Below, in pieces: positions 36,530 to 49,749 of a stretch of DNA of 64,000 bases (positions within the stretch are counted from its first letter, which is position 1; each line of letters starts with the position of its first letter). This stretch comes from Sphyrna mokarran (lineage: Eukaryota): assembly GCA_024679065.1 (NCBI GenBank), contig JAGIQG010000001.1, positions 113,398,001 through 113,462,000 on the forward strand, in the 5' to 3' direction. Under the pieces are notes generated by a model. That model searched no databases and had not been told where the DNA came from. It saw only the letters and a program-made list of their open reading frames with translations. The translations under genes were made by a program, and so were the position numbers.

Positions 36530-37755
36530 AGTTTTTTCTGAATTCTCTGTTAGACATTTTGGTGACAATGTTATACTGATGGCCTCTGGTAATGCTCTTC
36601 CCATAAGAAGAAACATTCTCTCTGTATCGGCTTTGTCAAAACTTTTCCTAATTTTAAAGACCTTTTATTAGGTCATTCCTCAGCCTCATTAATCAAGTGA
36701 AAATTGACCCAATCTGTCAGACATTTCCTATGGACTTTCTTGTATCATCCCGGTAAAGCTTCCTGCACCTTCCCCAGTGTCTCCACATCTTTTTTATAAT
36801 ATGGTGAGTGTCACCCAGCAGCCTGTGTGGCCTAATCAAAGTTTTATAGGATTCTACAATGAGATTATTATGAGGTAGTAGGTTTTGGTTGGAAGAATAG
36901 GGAAGCGGGGTGGGGCAGTTATTACATGGAAGGTACAATTTCAATGAGATAGAGGGACTCAATACAAATGCATACAGCAGTAAATATTGAGCCACACGTC
37001 AGCAAGGCACAAGAATTTATGCCTACTAGAATAGAATTGAAAAATAGTGAAATAAACCCTCAGGAGCTAAGAATCATTTTGAGCTAGTTCATGAAAATTG
37101 AATGACTACTTAAAGGACAGTGTAAGTTATAGCTTTTTGAAGTGAGTTTATTTGGTTATGTTATCAGTAAGAAAGGAATATTTCTGTTCAGTACTTTAAA
37201 GTGTAGATTATTTTCAGTGGCCAATATTCTCCAATATGCCTTGCCATCATTGCCGGCAAGAACAGAGAATTAGACACACAGCCAAAACTTCATCCAGCAG
37301 AATTGGAGAATTCCAACCACAGGCAAGATTGGAGAATTCTGCCAGTGTCTAGTCAAACGTACTTTTAATCTGTTTATTACAGGAAAAATCTTAAAATCTT
37401 ATCATGTTATCCATTCAGCTATCAGCTGCATGCACAATTGTCTATTTTTCAGGTTGTCAGTCTCTATGGTGATCAAAATTCATAAATTTAGAAATTATAT
37501 TTTTGATTTGCAAGTTTTGATTTGATGTAAATTGTAAACAGCAGTGGTCCTGGCACTGATTCTTATGGAACACTACTTCCCACCTTCTGCCATTCTGAAC
37601 AACTACTCTATACTGCACTGTCTGCTTTCTCTCATGAAGCCAACTAACAATCCATTCTGTTACATATCCCCTGCCTCCACATTCCCTGATCTTATTCGTC
37701 AATCTATTATGGGGCATCTTATTGAAGGCCTTTTGAAAATCCATATAAATTACAT
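36530..37755 (-). mobile_element. Scattered decayed CR1 ORF2 fragments (~36530-36860; ~37400-37755)
   Basis: MDFQKAFNKMPHNRL matches the RT motif, and YKTLIRPH is also present. Confidence 0.7.
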
Positions 37756-38310
37756 CTTAGGTGGTAACACAAGGGTAATAATGAGTTGGCATCCCATTTT
37801 ACATTCAACCTTTTTTTTCTGGAAGAGAAAAGTTGAACTTAATCTGAAGATGATAAATGGGAAAACTTAACCAAAAGAGACTTTAAAATTTAAATAGTAA
37901 ATTCTACATAAGTTTGTACATTCAGAAGAATGCTCAAGGATTGGGCTGATGTAGAAATTTATCTTGGAGTATTCTTTTAATCTTGCTGCTTTTTGCAATT
38001 TCTGCCACTTATCACTGCTCTTAAGTCAAAGTAGGTTTTGAATTTGTCTTTCATGCCAGGTACGTGCACTCATAGAAAGCTGTATTTGTAATTCCAATCT
38101 AATCCAACATTTTTGTGGTTGATACATACTTAAATGTTTTTAAAAGCATAACTTACCATTTAACTTCTGAGCTATTACTTCTGGCATCTGTGCTGAAGAA
38201 TGCAAGACTATCTTGTCATTTTCATTAGCCATTCAATAAATTTACGATCCGTTTGTTCAGTTCTGATATATATTATATATATATACATATATATAATTTG
38301 TAATTTGCAG

Positions 38311-38389
38311 ACAGAGTGTCCATGGTATATTCCATTCTCCGACCAGCTGTCACCAGACCAACAAAATGCTCAAAAATGCAGACCAAAAG
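38311..38389 (+). CDS. TNIP3: TNIP3 penultimate exon (TECPWYIPFSDQLSPDQQNAQKCRPK)
   Basis: TTTGCAG|...AAG|GTAAGA boundaries, phase 0/1. It resembles TNIP3 YQWYALDQLPPDVQ, which favours TNIP3 over TNIP1. Confidence 0.88.
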
Positions 38390-38682
38390 GTAAGAAATGG
38401 ACCAACTCGATACTAAAGTAGTTTAAATAAACTTCATTCTATTCTTGGGATTAATGACGTAAATTGAATTCCGCATCAATTAAACTGGTCCATTTGGCTC
38501 CGGATTTTTGTATAATTTCTGAAAAATATTCATTCTTGAGCTTTCTGCCTTTGGTTTGACCTTATTGCTAATCACTGTCTCGGTATGTCTGCAGCATTTA
38601 CTGGAAGACCAAATGTAAAGAAACTACTTTTGAAAACTGTATCAAATTAATTCTAAGCAATTCTTTCCACTTTTAATTCCAG

Positions 38683-38714
38683 ATAATACCTCAGCAAAAA
38701 GACATCCAAAGTAG
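38683..38714 (+). CDS. TNIP3: TNIP3 last coding exon (DNTSAKRHPK-stop)
   Basis: A pyrimidine tract with CCAG| acceptor in phase 1, and TAG at 38712-38714. The end resembles the TNIP3 C-terminus SSVKKVHP. Confidence 0.8.
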
Positions 38715-38723
38715 CAACCTTGG

Positions 38724-38729
38724 AATAAA
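38724..38729 (+). terminator. Candidate polyadenylation signal AATAAA
   Basis: The canonical hexamer begins 10 nt after the TNIP3 stop codon. Confidence 0.35.
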
Positions 38730-39939
38730 ACTGATTTGCTATGAATATTTATCAATGCCTTCAGACAACACTAGGCCTTTGCTGAGGATTGCCCTGATGT
38801 AGTTGCTGCTATTTGTTGTATTTTAATCTGAGTTCTTTGTTTCTGTTTCTAAGAGAAATCTAAATAACACATTAAATATAACTCAGAATTTTGCCTTTTA
38901 TTGTGCCAGCAATGAAACAGTTTTACATTTACATGGCTCATTTAATGTAATAAAATCTCTCAAGGCAATTCACAGGGGCGTCACCAAACAATATTTGACA
39001 TCTTGAGTCACATAAAGGAAAATTAGAAAAGGTGACCAAAAGCTTGGTCAAACAAGAAGGATTTAAAGAGCATTGTAAAGGACTAGCGAGAAATCAAGAG
39101 GAAGAGAGATTTACAGAAGAAACTCTAGAATTTACAGTCCAGATAGCTGACTCCATGCGATTGTAATGCAGTAGAAATTCAAATGCTTGGGTATTAGAAA
39201 ATATTGCAAATGGGCAAGGCTTTCTGGCTTTTTGTCAATTTGGCTCAGTGAGTAACATTGTGGGGAAAAATTTAATTTGCCCTCAGGAGCAACCTGGGAA
39301 GGTGGGGTTGGGGATATGCAAAATTGGGAGGCAAGTGGGAACGGCGTTCCAAATTTTCCCCCATACCCCTCACTCCCCGGTGAGGTGCAGTGCAAGATGA
39401 GCATAGCTTTCTACATGCATGTCAATTAAAACCTTAAATGGCAAATTAATTTCCATTTAAAACTCTTGACCTGCCACTGCTCATCAAATAAGACATGAAG
39501 AATTCACTCACTAAAAGCTGGTACCACTTTGTGGCTGGGAGAGGGGTTTGGGTGTACGTGTACTTAGAGCAACAAAGATTAATCACCCTGGGTGAGAATC
39601 TCCAGCCTCCCAGCCACATGTTTCTCAGCAGTGGGAGACTGCATGCCGTTCGCTGATAGCGGAATCCTCTGATCCCACCGCTGTCAATGGGATTTCCCAC
39701 TGAAACCGATAGGTGGGAATGCACTGCTAGCGGGACCAGAGAATCCTGCTGGCATTAACAGCCCGGGAATTCTAGGCCCATGTCATTTTTGAAGGATCTT
39801 TCTGGTGTCCTTATCAATATTCCTCTCTTGACTAACGCAAGTAATAACAAATGTAACATTCCTGTTTCAATGATGTGTTTAAAAAAAAAATAGCTTCCAC
39901 ACTTACCCACAGTAATGTTCTACAAAGTAACTGCATTCT

Positions 39940-40470
39940 TTGTAATATCGGGACCCTTTTTGAGGAGCATAAAAATTTGCTTGCGTAACATGGGAATAGA
40001 TCTAGGCCACTTAATCTCTCTGGCCTTTTGCCATTCAAAGAATTCATGGTTGATTTGTAAGCTCATCTTCATTTACTCAACTTTACTCCATCTATCTAAA
40101 TACCTTTGATTAACAAATATCTAGCAATCTTAGTTTTAAAATTGATAATTGATCTACCATGAAATGTTGGTTGTAAATGAGCATTCCAAACTTTCACCAT
40201 CTTTTACATGAAGGAATGTTTCATAATTTAACTCCTGAAAGGTGTAACTCCAACTTCTCAACCATGAGCCATTGTCCTAGACTTCCCAGCTTTCAGACAT
40301 CGTTCCCCCCAGTCTACCGTATCTATTCTTAACTTGAAAAAATAGATCAAAACACCTTCAAAATTCCAGGGAAAAACGATTTCCCTCCTCTTAGCTCTTG
40401 ATCTTTGGAGTCCAGATGTTGTTCTAGTAATTTAAAAACATGCTCCTTCCAAGACCAATGTATCCTTCCT
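39940..40470 (-). mobile_element. Old CR1 3' fragment
   Basis: It has a decayed tail and 3'UTR (AGGCCACTTAATCTCTC..CCATTCAAAGAATTCATGG) and CATTCCAAACTTTCACCA (the RVVxxWN region). Confidence 0.6.
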
Positions 40471-41421
40471 GTGGTTTAATGTGTTTACAAGTGATTCTTG
40501 TTCAGAAGCTGATTTGTTACTTGTGTAAAATGCATGTCTCAGTTGTTAATTACTTTATATTTGAAGTTGCACGTGACCAACCAGTCATGATATGGTGTTA
40601 AGATAAAATTGCTGATGTTAAGATGACTTTGTATAAGTTTGGTCTCTTTTTAAGTAATACCTCACCATTGGCAGAAATGAGAAATACAACTAGATCTTCA
40701 AAGCCAGTGATTTCTCCCATATCCGCTATTCTTTGGCCTTCTACTTTCGTGGAATAATACATTTGGGTAAAAATTAATTGTTAATAGCTTTTTCTCTGTC
40801 ACAAAAAATAATGTTGTACCTGAGGTGTGTAACTGTCCAAAAGAGGAGGTCATATAGGATATCTGACATGCTAGGGTAGAACTCAATTTCATGTTCTGAT
40901 TAACTTTGCCGAATGAATGGAAGTTTTGCTTATTGTCATTTATTTTCAAATTTTAATTCATATTAATTCTAGGAGATCATTTTGAACTTTCATTGTTAAT
41001 CTTTATGTATAATCATATCCAATGAAAGCCTCCCCTTAATTTCTGGATATGTCAGAAAAGAAAATTACCTTTATATTTGAATGTCCATTGAAAAGCATTT
41101 ATTATTCACATTGTCACTTATTGCATAAAAATATTTTTCAATTTCCATTGCTATAGAACAGCCATTGCTATAATAATATTTTTTGTTCCGTTTATATTTG
41201 ACCTGATGGAATGTATACATTATGTATACATTCTATGTATGTTGAATGCTTTGTAACATATCGTGATAGTTTAATATCATGTAACTTTTTTCAACCTTTG
41301 GAAAGAGAAGATTCAACCTGACATTTTGTGTGTTTATTTGGAATTGTTTTGATGCATTTTTTTTTTGCATATGCATGCTTAACAGAGCACACTCACATAC
41401 TTCTCCAGGTTTGGATATATT

Positions 41422-42290
41422 GGGCATGATTTTCCTGCCTTGCAGCACTGGTCGAGTAGCATACTGGGGTGGGAAAGTTAAGCAGGAAGCCAAAAACGGG
41501 AATCGTAACTAGCGTTCAGCCAGTTGTGATCTTCCCAGGTCATTTTTTTTTTTTGTGACGTCATCAGCTTCGTACATTTCCCATGGTCGTTTGCAACTGT
41601 TTAGTGAACCTGGGATGCAATCCTCCAGGCTGACTTGATTTCCACCTTCCTGGTCAAAGTTACCACCAAGGGATTGGAGATGATTCCCAGCAGTTGAGAC
41701 CTGATGTGATGGACATGCTGTTGGGTTGGCTAAATCTGGTATTGTCAGACTTCTTACTGTACTGTTGGGACCAGAGGCTCCCAGGTGGTTGGGGGCAGTG
41801 CCCCTTGGACAGTGCCAGCCTGGCACCCTGACACTGCCCACTGGGCACATGGGCATTGCCAGGCTGGCACACCAAGTACTGGGAAGTGCCAGGGAAGTAG
41901 GGCCTCGCGGGGCAGATGTGGGGACGGAGCCAGACCTGGGGGAGGGAAAGATAAACTCTACATCGGAGGTGAGGAATAATGTGGGGCTGGCAATCAGAGA
42001 CCAGGGCCAGCCATCGGGAATCTGGGCTGGTGATGCCCAGTGGGGGAGGGAGTGGGTCAGGTAGGTCGAGCTAACCGATATGGTATTCTGAGAAATCAGT
42101 GCATGCTCAAAGACTTCCTCAGCAAACTTCTTCCGGTCTCTTGAGGGTAATTAGCCTCCCCCACCCCCCACCACTGCCCCAGCTTAAATGGCATGAATCT
42201 CCTGATGGCTCTCTAGTAACAAAATGCCATAAATTCATTTAACTAACTTCATCCAAGAAACAGGCAGGGAAAACCTCCTAACCTATTTTC
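41422..42290. mobile_element. GC-rich TIR element (opposite orientation to 1584-2646)
   Basis: It has a GGGCATGATTTTCC terminus and a dense GGCAGTGCC/GGCATTGCC cluster at 41790-41890. Confidence 0.6.
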
Positions 42291-42689
42291 CTGCTCATCA
42301 GGTGTCTATTCAATGTAATCTGTGAATAAGAGTTTGAAAAATGATTGCATCAGAACATGCAAACTGGGTGGTACTTTCTAATTACAATGAGATTCCAGGC
42401 AGAATTTTACTGGCATGTTTCCCTGAGGTTCGTACAATCCTCTATGTTGACAACCATAGATAGTACAGCATTCATGGAGACCATTTAGCTTGTTGAGTCT
42501 GTTCCAATACTTCTCGAATTTTATCCTTCCTCTCTCCACTATATTCCTGCAATTTGTTTCCTCACAAATATATCAAATTCCCTTTTTAAAAACCATTACT
42601 GATGTTTGTATAAAATTCCTCTATGTACAACTTCTGTGAAAATTTTAACACAGCTTACCAAAAATGAATTAACTTCTTCATTATTATAA

Positions 42690-43215
42690 CGTACAAAGGT
42701 TGATGCAGCAGATGGAATTTAATACAGATGAGCATGAAGTGTTGCATTTTGGCAGAAGGGATAGAATGAGACAATGTAGACTTCCTGGCAGTCCTAAAGA
42801 GTCTGCTGGGACAGGGGAATCTGAAGTTTCACATGCATAGATCAATGAAGGTGGCAGAATATATTGAGAGAGTGGTTGGTATTGCATGTGGGATCTTGGC
42901 CTTCATCAATTGGGGTATTGAGTACAAAATCAGAGAAGTTATGCTGAATCTTTATAAATCATAATTAAAATATTGCATACTGTACTGCTCACTGCTGTTT
43001 GGGAAGGATATAGATGTCCTTGAAGAGACTTACCAGAATGATTCCAGGGTTAAAGTATTTGAGCTGCAAGCTTAGGTATCAGAAGCTGGGGTTGTCCTTT
43101 TGAGCAAAGGAGATTTGGGGGAGTTTTGCTAATTGGGCACTAGATTATGTTGCGTTTTGATAAAGCAGACAATGAAAAATGGCTCCAATTAGCCGATGGT
43201 ACAAGGACTAGGGGG
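42690..43215 (+). mobile_element. Decayed CR1 ORF2 3' fragment
   Basis: CAGATGGAATTTAATACAGATGAGCATGAAGTGTTGCATTTTGG corresponds to QMEFN..KCEVLHFG. Confidence 0.75.
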
Positions 43216-44499
43216 GATGCCTGATGTATTACAGAGAAGCGTTTTCATTCCTTCTAATGCTGTGACTTTCAGGAATAGGCACAAGACAGACTTTAAATTA
43301 AAAGAATGAATAAATGTTCATTTTCTCAACACCTAAGATGTATTCATAGCATTCATTTACATAGGACACAGGTACATAAGAAAACATTATAACAGGAGTC
43401 GTAGCATGCAGTTAAATTTATTAAGAAGAGACACTTATATTCTCAGTCCCAGAGGTTACAGTTGGTGATGTTGAAGGCCTGAGGGTTCATTCTTGGTTCA
43501 CTGGAGGATGAATGTTTCTGGCAATGAACTCACAGTGGCTGACTCCATGCAAGAGCAGATTTCTGGCTTTTCTCCAGCTGAAGTTGTCATTGAACACATG
43601 TAGTGAAATTATAATCCATAAGTAAAATAAATAGCCCTGCTTTTCTGCCTCTGATGAATTTACAAGACAGGGATCCTCATTTTTGGGGTGAGATCCATTC
43701 CCTCTGTAGTTTTTGGCCCAGACTCTTCAGGACTGCCCTTCATATTTCCTATGGCAAGCCAGTTTCCATCAGGTGACTGCAGTAACACTTCCTATTGTCC
43801 ACACAAATAGCTTAGTAGGCTAAATAATTTTTACACTGATGAATATTTGACATCCTATCAAGATTTCAATTATGAATAATCTCCAGATACCCTTATTTGA
43901 ATTTCCATCCCCAAGAAGCTGGTTAAACTTATCAGGTATGGTCGCTTTAAGTAACTTCTGGAAACAATCAATTACGTGTTAATAACCTCCGAGAGAGATG
44001 CCCATTTCGTTGTATGACTCGGTCCTTGTTTGCACAGAAACCAGAAAAGAAAATCAGCTGAGAATTGTCCACATTCTATGCCCATCTTTTTCCTAAATTT
44101 GTATACATAATAATATGACTGTAACAAGAGGATTTATCTTCCTGTGCATGTCCAAGTCCAGTTCACATGGCCGGGGAGAATTTCCCCAACCCCGTTTCCA
44201 AAATGACATTCATCTCTGTTAACAGCCTGTGCGTATGTGTTTATTTAAATTATCGATTTGTCCCTTATTAAAATTAGTTTTTACAAAATTCTGCAAGTGC
44301 TTGTAAGACCACTGCCAGCAGAAGACCTTGCAGAAAAAAAGCACATTTTGCAATTTGTTGCAACATCTGTATGTTGTCAACATCATTGCAACTCCTCCCG
44401 ATCCACACCTCCCCACTATAAAGTCCACAGAACCAAAAATATTACTGCAAATAATATTTCAATTTCAATCTCCCTTTCAATTTAAGAAAAATTCTAGGT

Positions 44500-44975
44500 G
44501 CTGACTGAAAAGTGCTGCTCCCAAAATTTTCCTCTCGCTGTCACCTCACTCTTGCCTTTTCCCCTCCTTACTCTCTTCTGGTTTCCCCCATCCCTACTCT
44601 CCCAACCCTTGCTCCCCTCCTGTACTCTTTTGACTGTTTTACTCTCTCATCTGATCCCTGACTTTCAGCTTCCTCTTTCCCTTTCTCTCCTCCTCTCATC
44701 TGCCACTGAGCTTCCTTTACACCTATCCTGTCCAATCCTCCATGCTTCTTCATTTCTTCCTTTCTCACCTCACTCTATAATTGTTCTTTCCTTCCTCTTT
44801 CCACACTTCATATCTTCTGCTTTTCCCTTGTTCCTATCCTCAATTTCTCCACCTCGCTGTTTCCATCTGAGTCCAATAGAATCCCTCCTCTTTGCCTTGG
44901 TCTTCTACTCTCTTTCCTCTTTTCTTCCTATCCCTGTTGTCCTCTCTCATCCTCCTATCTGTCTCTCCTCTCTGC
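44500..44975. repeat. CT-rich low-complexity tract
   Basis: About 470 nt of pyrimidine-biased sequence. It produces the spurious Leu/Ser/Pro ORF 44498-45004. Confidence 0.85.
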
Positions 44976-45739
44976 TTGGGTTTAATTTTTACTGTATGAT
45001 CTAACCATGGTTGACCTGTAAGGTGTCCTTAGTCATATGCAACATCACTAACAAGTTGCATTTCTGTGGTGCCTTTAGTATGATAGTAGCCAGTTTATTT
45101 CTGTGTAGTGTTAAAAACAAAGAAAATAAAGGGGGGACACCGGTGTGGTGGTGGGGGTGGGGGGTGGTGGGTGGGTGGGGGGGGGGGGGGGGATGATATC
45201 AGAGAGGGAAAGAAACTCCAGAATGCTTGCTCTTCAGAGTAAATAGTGGGCAAGTGGAAGTATGCTGCAGTGTGACTGGGTAGGTTTTGTTTTGTGGAAT
45301 GAAATTAGGGAAGAAGATATTGAATGATAATTTGTTATTTTCTGCATTGAGTATTTGCTGATAAGAAGAAAACCACTTTCACCAATTTAAACACTAAGTA
45401 GAAAGACATTTTATTATAAAGATAATGGGCAGCTCATTTTACATTTCTCCTGATTTCCATTGACGTCAAGTGCATTGTGATTATGAGGTTTACCGTCTCT
45501 GAATCTGCAATGGCCTAGAATTTCCTCACTTCCATTCACATAACATTTATGTCAAAACATAGGTCAATTTATGGGGCAATTTTGCTTTATTGTGCTCAAA
45601 ATTCCAGTGGAACACAATTACCTACTTTCGAATATAATAACCACCATAAAATACATGCAATTGTCTGCAAAAAATTACAAATCCAACCTGGCTAATTACA
45701 TAGAAGATGTCATCAACATACTATCAAGCAACACTGACA

Positions 45740-46420
45740 AAGTAATGAGTTATTTGCTGATGTCGAGTTTTGGTTTTGCCGTGGCCATTCAGCTCCTGAC
45801 TTTGTTATAGCTTTGGTCTAAATATGGATAACAGAACTGAGCTCAAGAGATTGGTTGAAAGTAATTTCCCTTGATATCAAGGCAGTATTTGACTAATTAT
45901 AGCATTTCAGAGCCTTAGCAAAACTGAACTCAATGGGAACTAGTTGGAAAACTCTCCACAAGTTGAAGCCATACCTAGCATAAAGGAAGATGGTTGTTGT
46001 TGAAGGTCAATCATCTCAGTACTGGAACATCATTGCAGGAGTTCTTCAGAATACTGCTCTAGGTCCAAAAATCTTCAGCTGCTTCATCAATGGTCTTCCC
46101 TCCATCATAAAGTGAGAACACAACTTGCAACTTCTCAGATACTGAGAAGGTTCATGCCCTTGTGCAACAAGACCTGGAAAACATTCAGACTTGCTCTAAT
46201 AAGTGGCAATTAATATTTGACAGGCGATAGCCATCTCCAACAAGACAGAATTTGGTCATCTCTTTATTCAATGACATTACAATTGCTGAAGCCCCACTAC
46301 CTATATTCTAGGCGTTACCATTGATCAGAAACTGAACTGGACTAGCCATATGAATCCTATGGCTGTGAGATCAAGTCAGGGAATTCTGTCCTGAGTAACA
46401 CACCTCCTGACTCCTCAAAT
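45740..46420 (+). mobile_element. Decayed LINE RT region (family of 6140-7820)
   Basis: CTTGATATCAAGGCAGTATTTGAC reads LDIKAxFD, and GGAGTTCTTCAGAATACTGCTCTAGGTCCA is GVPQGSxLGP-like. Confidence 0.75.
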
Positions 46421-49400
46421 GATACGCAAAATCCGCAAGGTACAAATGAATTTCCTGTGAGATCTTCTGCTGGTGTTCTCCAAGGTGGATCAGGAAATCC
46501 AGTGGAGGCTGGAATAAAATTATTTGAACTGTACTAATGAGATTCAGATGAAGCTCCGATTGAAATCTTCCTCCCATGCCCAATTCTTTCTAACCCCATT
46601 GGAAAAACACACCAATGCAGAACATATCAGGAACAACATAGCATGCAGATGCTGGAACTCACCTGAGCAATGTCCTGAGTTCAGGATGGAGGACGCAGTA
46701 CTGAGCATAACAAAACAGGATGACAGTGCACAGAAATGAACTGATACAAAATTAGCAGAACAGCGTATAACTATTTCATTCCAAATTTCTCACTAGTGCC
46801 AATCTTAAAAGTAAATATAGAACCAAGCATCAATCAGCCTCTGAAATTCAGGGGCTGTCACTCTTTTTAAACAGGAGAACATTTTTCCACACATACCGGC
46901 CAGAATTTTATGACCTTGCTCGGGCAAAGCCCAGAAAATCCTGCCCGCCCTGATTCCAAAGCAGGCATGGCGGTAAAATTCCGGTAACTATGTTTCTATG
47001 ATTTTGTTCCCAATTACATTTGAACTTAAAAAAATACAAAGCAATCAAGAATGGTCGTCTGTGTGTTTTATGCACTTTGTTAATAGAAGAAAAGAAACTT
47101 GCATTAGCCATGCTAAATTTTCCCTCGGTGTACCCAAACAGATGCCGGAATGTGGCGACTAGGGGATTTTCACAGCAACTTCATTGCAGAGTTCATTGCA
47201 ACTTCATTGCAGTCACAAATAGGTTTACAATTAGTAAACCTATTTGTGACTAATAAATAAATTCATTAAAAGATGTTGAAATAAATTTGGTGCTGTTTGT
47301 GAGGCATACAGATCCATATGCACCTCTGCTGCACCAAGTGATTTTGTACAGGGAGCAATTCTGCAAGTGATGCCAGTGAATGTTTATGGTTGTGCTGATG
47401 ACTTTCAATGGTCTTGAATTGGAGAAGAGTGCTCTTTATATATGGACCTAAGTACACATGCAGCTCAATTCTTACCAACCTCAGGCTGTCAGTGGGGATA
47501 TCAGGTTCTTTCTAATACCAGAAATTCAAAGAACATCATGTTGATTGAATTCTTTTACTGTTTAAAGTCAGACTTGTGCTGAGTGCAGTCATATAGTAGC
47601 TTATATGCAGAACTAGTGTTGCGAAACCTCCTTTTCCCAAGTATTTGATATCATTGTAATATATAAGGCCACAAATACATCAGTATTAAATGTTAAGTAA
47701 TGTTTTAAAGGACATTAATCACAATGGGTATCTTGAATTATTTTGAGACTAATTGAAGTATGTGGGGGACAATTCATGCATGCAGCAGTGTGACACCGAC
47801 TTTCTGATTTCCTGGGACAAGCACCGTGGGCCCTTACTTCTGCAGCCCATACAGTTTTCTCCATTGATATTATCAAAGAGCACCTCATGGACCACACAGG
47901 TACTGGCCTACAGCGTTGTTTGGCCCTGGGGAACAGAAGTGGAATGAATATCTTCCCTGTAGCTCCTTCACAAAATTGCTACAAACCAAGCAAAATATTT
48001 CCTGTTTAATTTTTCACTTGTGATGATCATTCTCAACAAAACAAAGTGAATGAAGAATGTGAACATGTACAGTATCCCTGAAGATTAAAATCTCACTAGA
48101 TCTCTAACATACGACCAAAATAATCTGCGACTCTTTGTCAAGTTATATAACGATGGACATAATGTAATACCACCCCAAGCCCAGCAAGATTGATGGTGGT
48201 GGTGGGGCATTTAATTGGGCAGGAGGGTGATGGGTGGCAATCCAGCCACCTTCCTGCCTCTGTGCCAATAAAGTCTAGAGTTTAAAGGTACTTAGATGGC
48301 CTTCCTGTCCCACTGCCAATTAAGGACCTTAAGATGGCAATAAATGCCCAATTAAAGCTCATCCCACCGCTGCTCGTTTTCACCAAGTGGGCAGGGGACA
48401 CCCCATGCCAGAAGCCTGAAAAGCAAATGAATTGAGTCCCTGGATGTTAGGTCTTCAGTGCCTGATCCAAGGGAACCAACATTGGGAAGAGGAGGCCCGC
48501 GGGAAGCCACCTCCCTACCCTTGCTGCCTATATCTCTCCCCCACACCTCCCCCAGTCCAAACCGCACCTTCTGCCATCACTCAGCTGTAATCTGGACCCC
48601 ACAACAATTCTGGCCCTTATGTGGGCTTGTTGCCAACAACAATTCCTTGGCCCTGGTGCCAATGACAGCAATGACAACTGCTGGCTCCTTGGGGCAGGAT
48701 TGGTCTCAGGAGGGCCCACTACTGCTCAGTAAATGCCTGATTAGCATTTAGTTTAACAGGCCTTCTGAAAGGAGGCGACATGAGGCTCTCACTAGCTATC
48801 AAGCTGGTAGACAAGCCTTCGTCACTTCCAATTATTGCTGTCCAATATCCCTGAAATGCTTTGACTGAGTTTCCTGATTTAGCATTAAATGTGGCTTCTT
48901 TCAATGCATTCTTGAATACTTCATAAAACTAATAAAACATTTATTGACCATTTATAGCAAATGGCCCACTGTCTCTTCAAAAATAAAAGCCATACCGATG
49001 GTTGAAAAAGTAACCATGATTGCATTCCAATGTATAAAGAAAAGCACTTGGGAGATTAATATATGTCAGAGGTAATTTCCAGAATGCATGAGAGCATACT
49101 GTTGAAAATAAATTGTAGAACACAGACTCCATTAGACACACACGGGAGGTAGATGTCTTTTGTATGTCTAAAGAAATAGTGTGGGAGGTATGGTGCTTGT
49201 CAGTTCATTCAATCCCCACCTTAGTAAAATCCTAGCTGTCTAATGCAAGGTCATCTGACAAACATGTTACACTCTGCACTACACTTAGTTTAACACTGAA
49301 AGCTCTGGCACATGCCAAAAACAGATATGGTGAAAAATGGAACATTCAGGAGTGGTTTCTGTTTTTGTCCTAAACTTGATTATGCTTGACTCACTTGCAT

Positions 49401-49749
49401 TTTTAACACCATGATATCCTTCAATCTAGTTACTTGTAACAATAGTGCAAAAATGCTCATTCTCCATTTTAGGGAAAACACAATTCCTTTATGTAACTGT
49501 ACAGAGGATTGCAGCCACGTGGCTACAATCAGCTCCTGAGATTCTGAGTACAGAAGTTTGTATTTACCCTGCCCCCCACCTTGCTTCCCGTTTGATTCCA
49601 GGGTCGTATGACCTTTGCCGATTGAACCTTAAAGGGACAGTCACCACATCTTTTCCTCTCTAAGTCCCTTTACATAAATGTCAATACTCATTTAAACATT
49701 GAGTCTCAAATAATTAAACATGTAGTACATGGTCAATTATAAATCAAGC

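Noticed and set aside
17866-38714. Assignment of the gene as TNIP1 rather than TNIP3
   Set aside because: Some motifs are TNIP1-like (QKQRDFDKKLLLAK, IFEEDFQ), but the short N-terminus, KEKxYYExEIxRLNK, EVLKQQ, WY..DQL.PD and the terminal KxHP fit TNIP3 better. A phylogeny and synteny check would be decisive.
41209-41232. Duplicated palindrome AATGTATACATT-ATGTATACATT
   Set aside because: It is a short AT-rich slippage duplication with no evidence of function.
41386-41409. Possible additional TNIP3 exon (AACAG|AGCACAC...CCAG|GTTTGG)
   Set aside because: It lies downstream of the stop-containing exon that matches the TNIP3 C-terminus, has a weak donor, and shows no homology.
44498-45004. 168-aa hydrophobic ORF resembling a membrane protein
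   Set aside because: It is a by-product of CT-rich low-complexity DNA.
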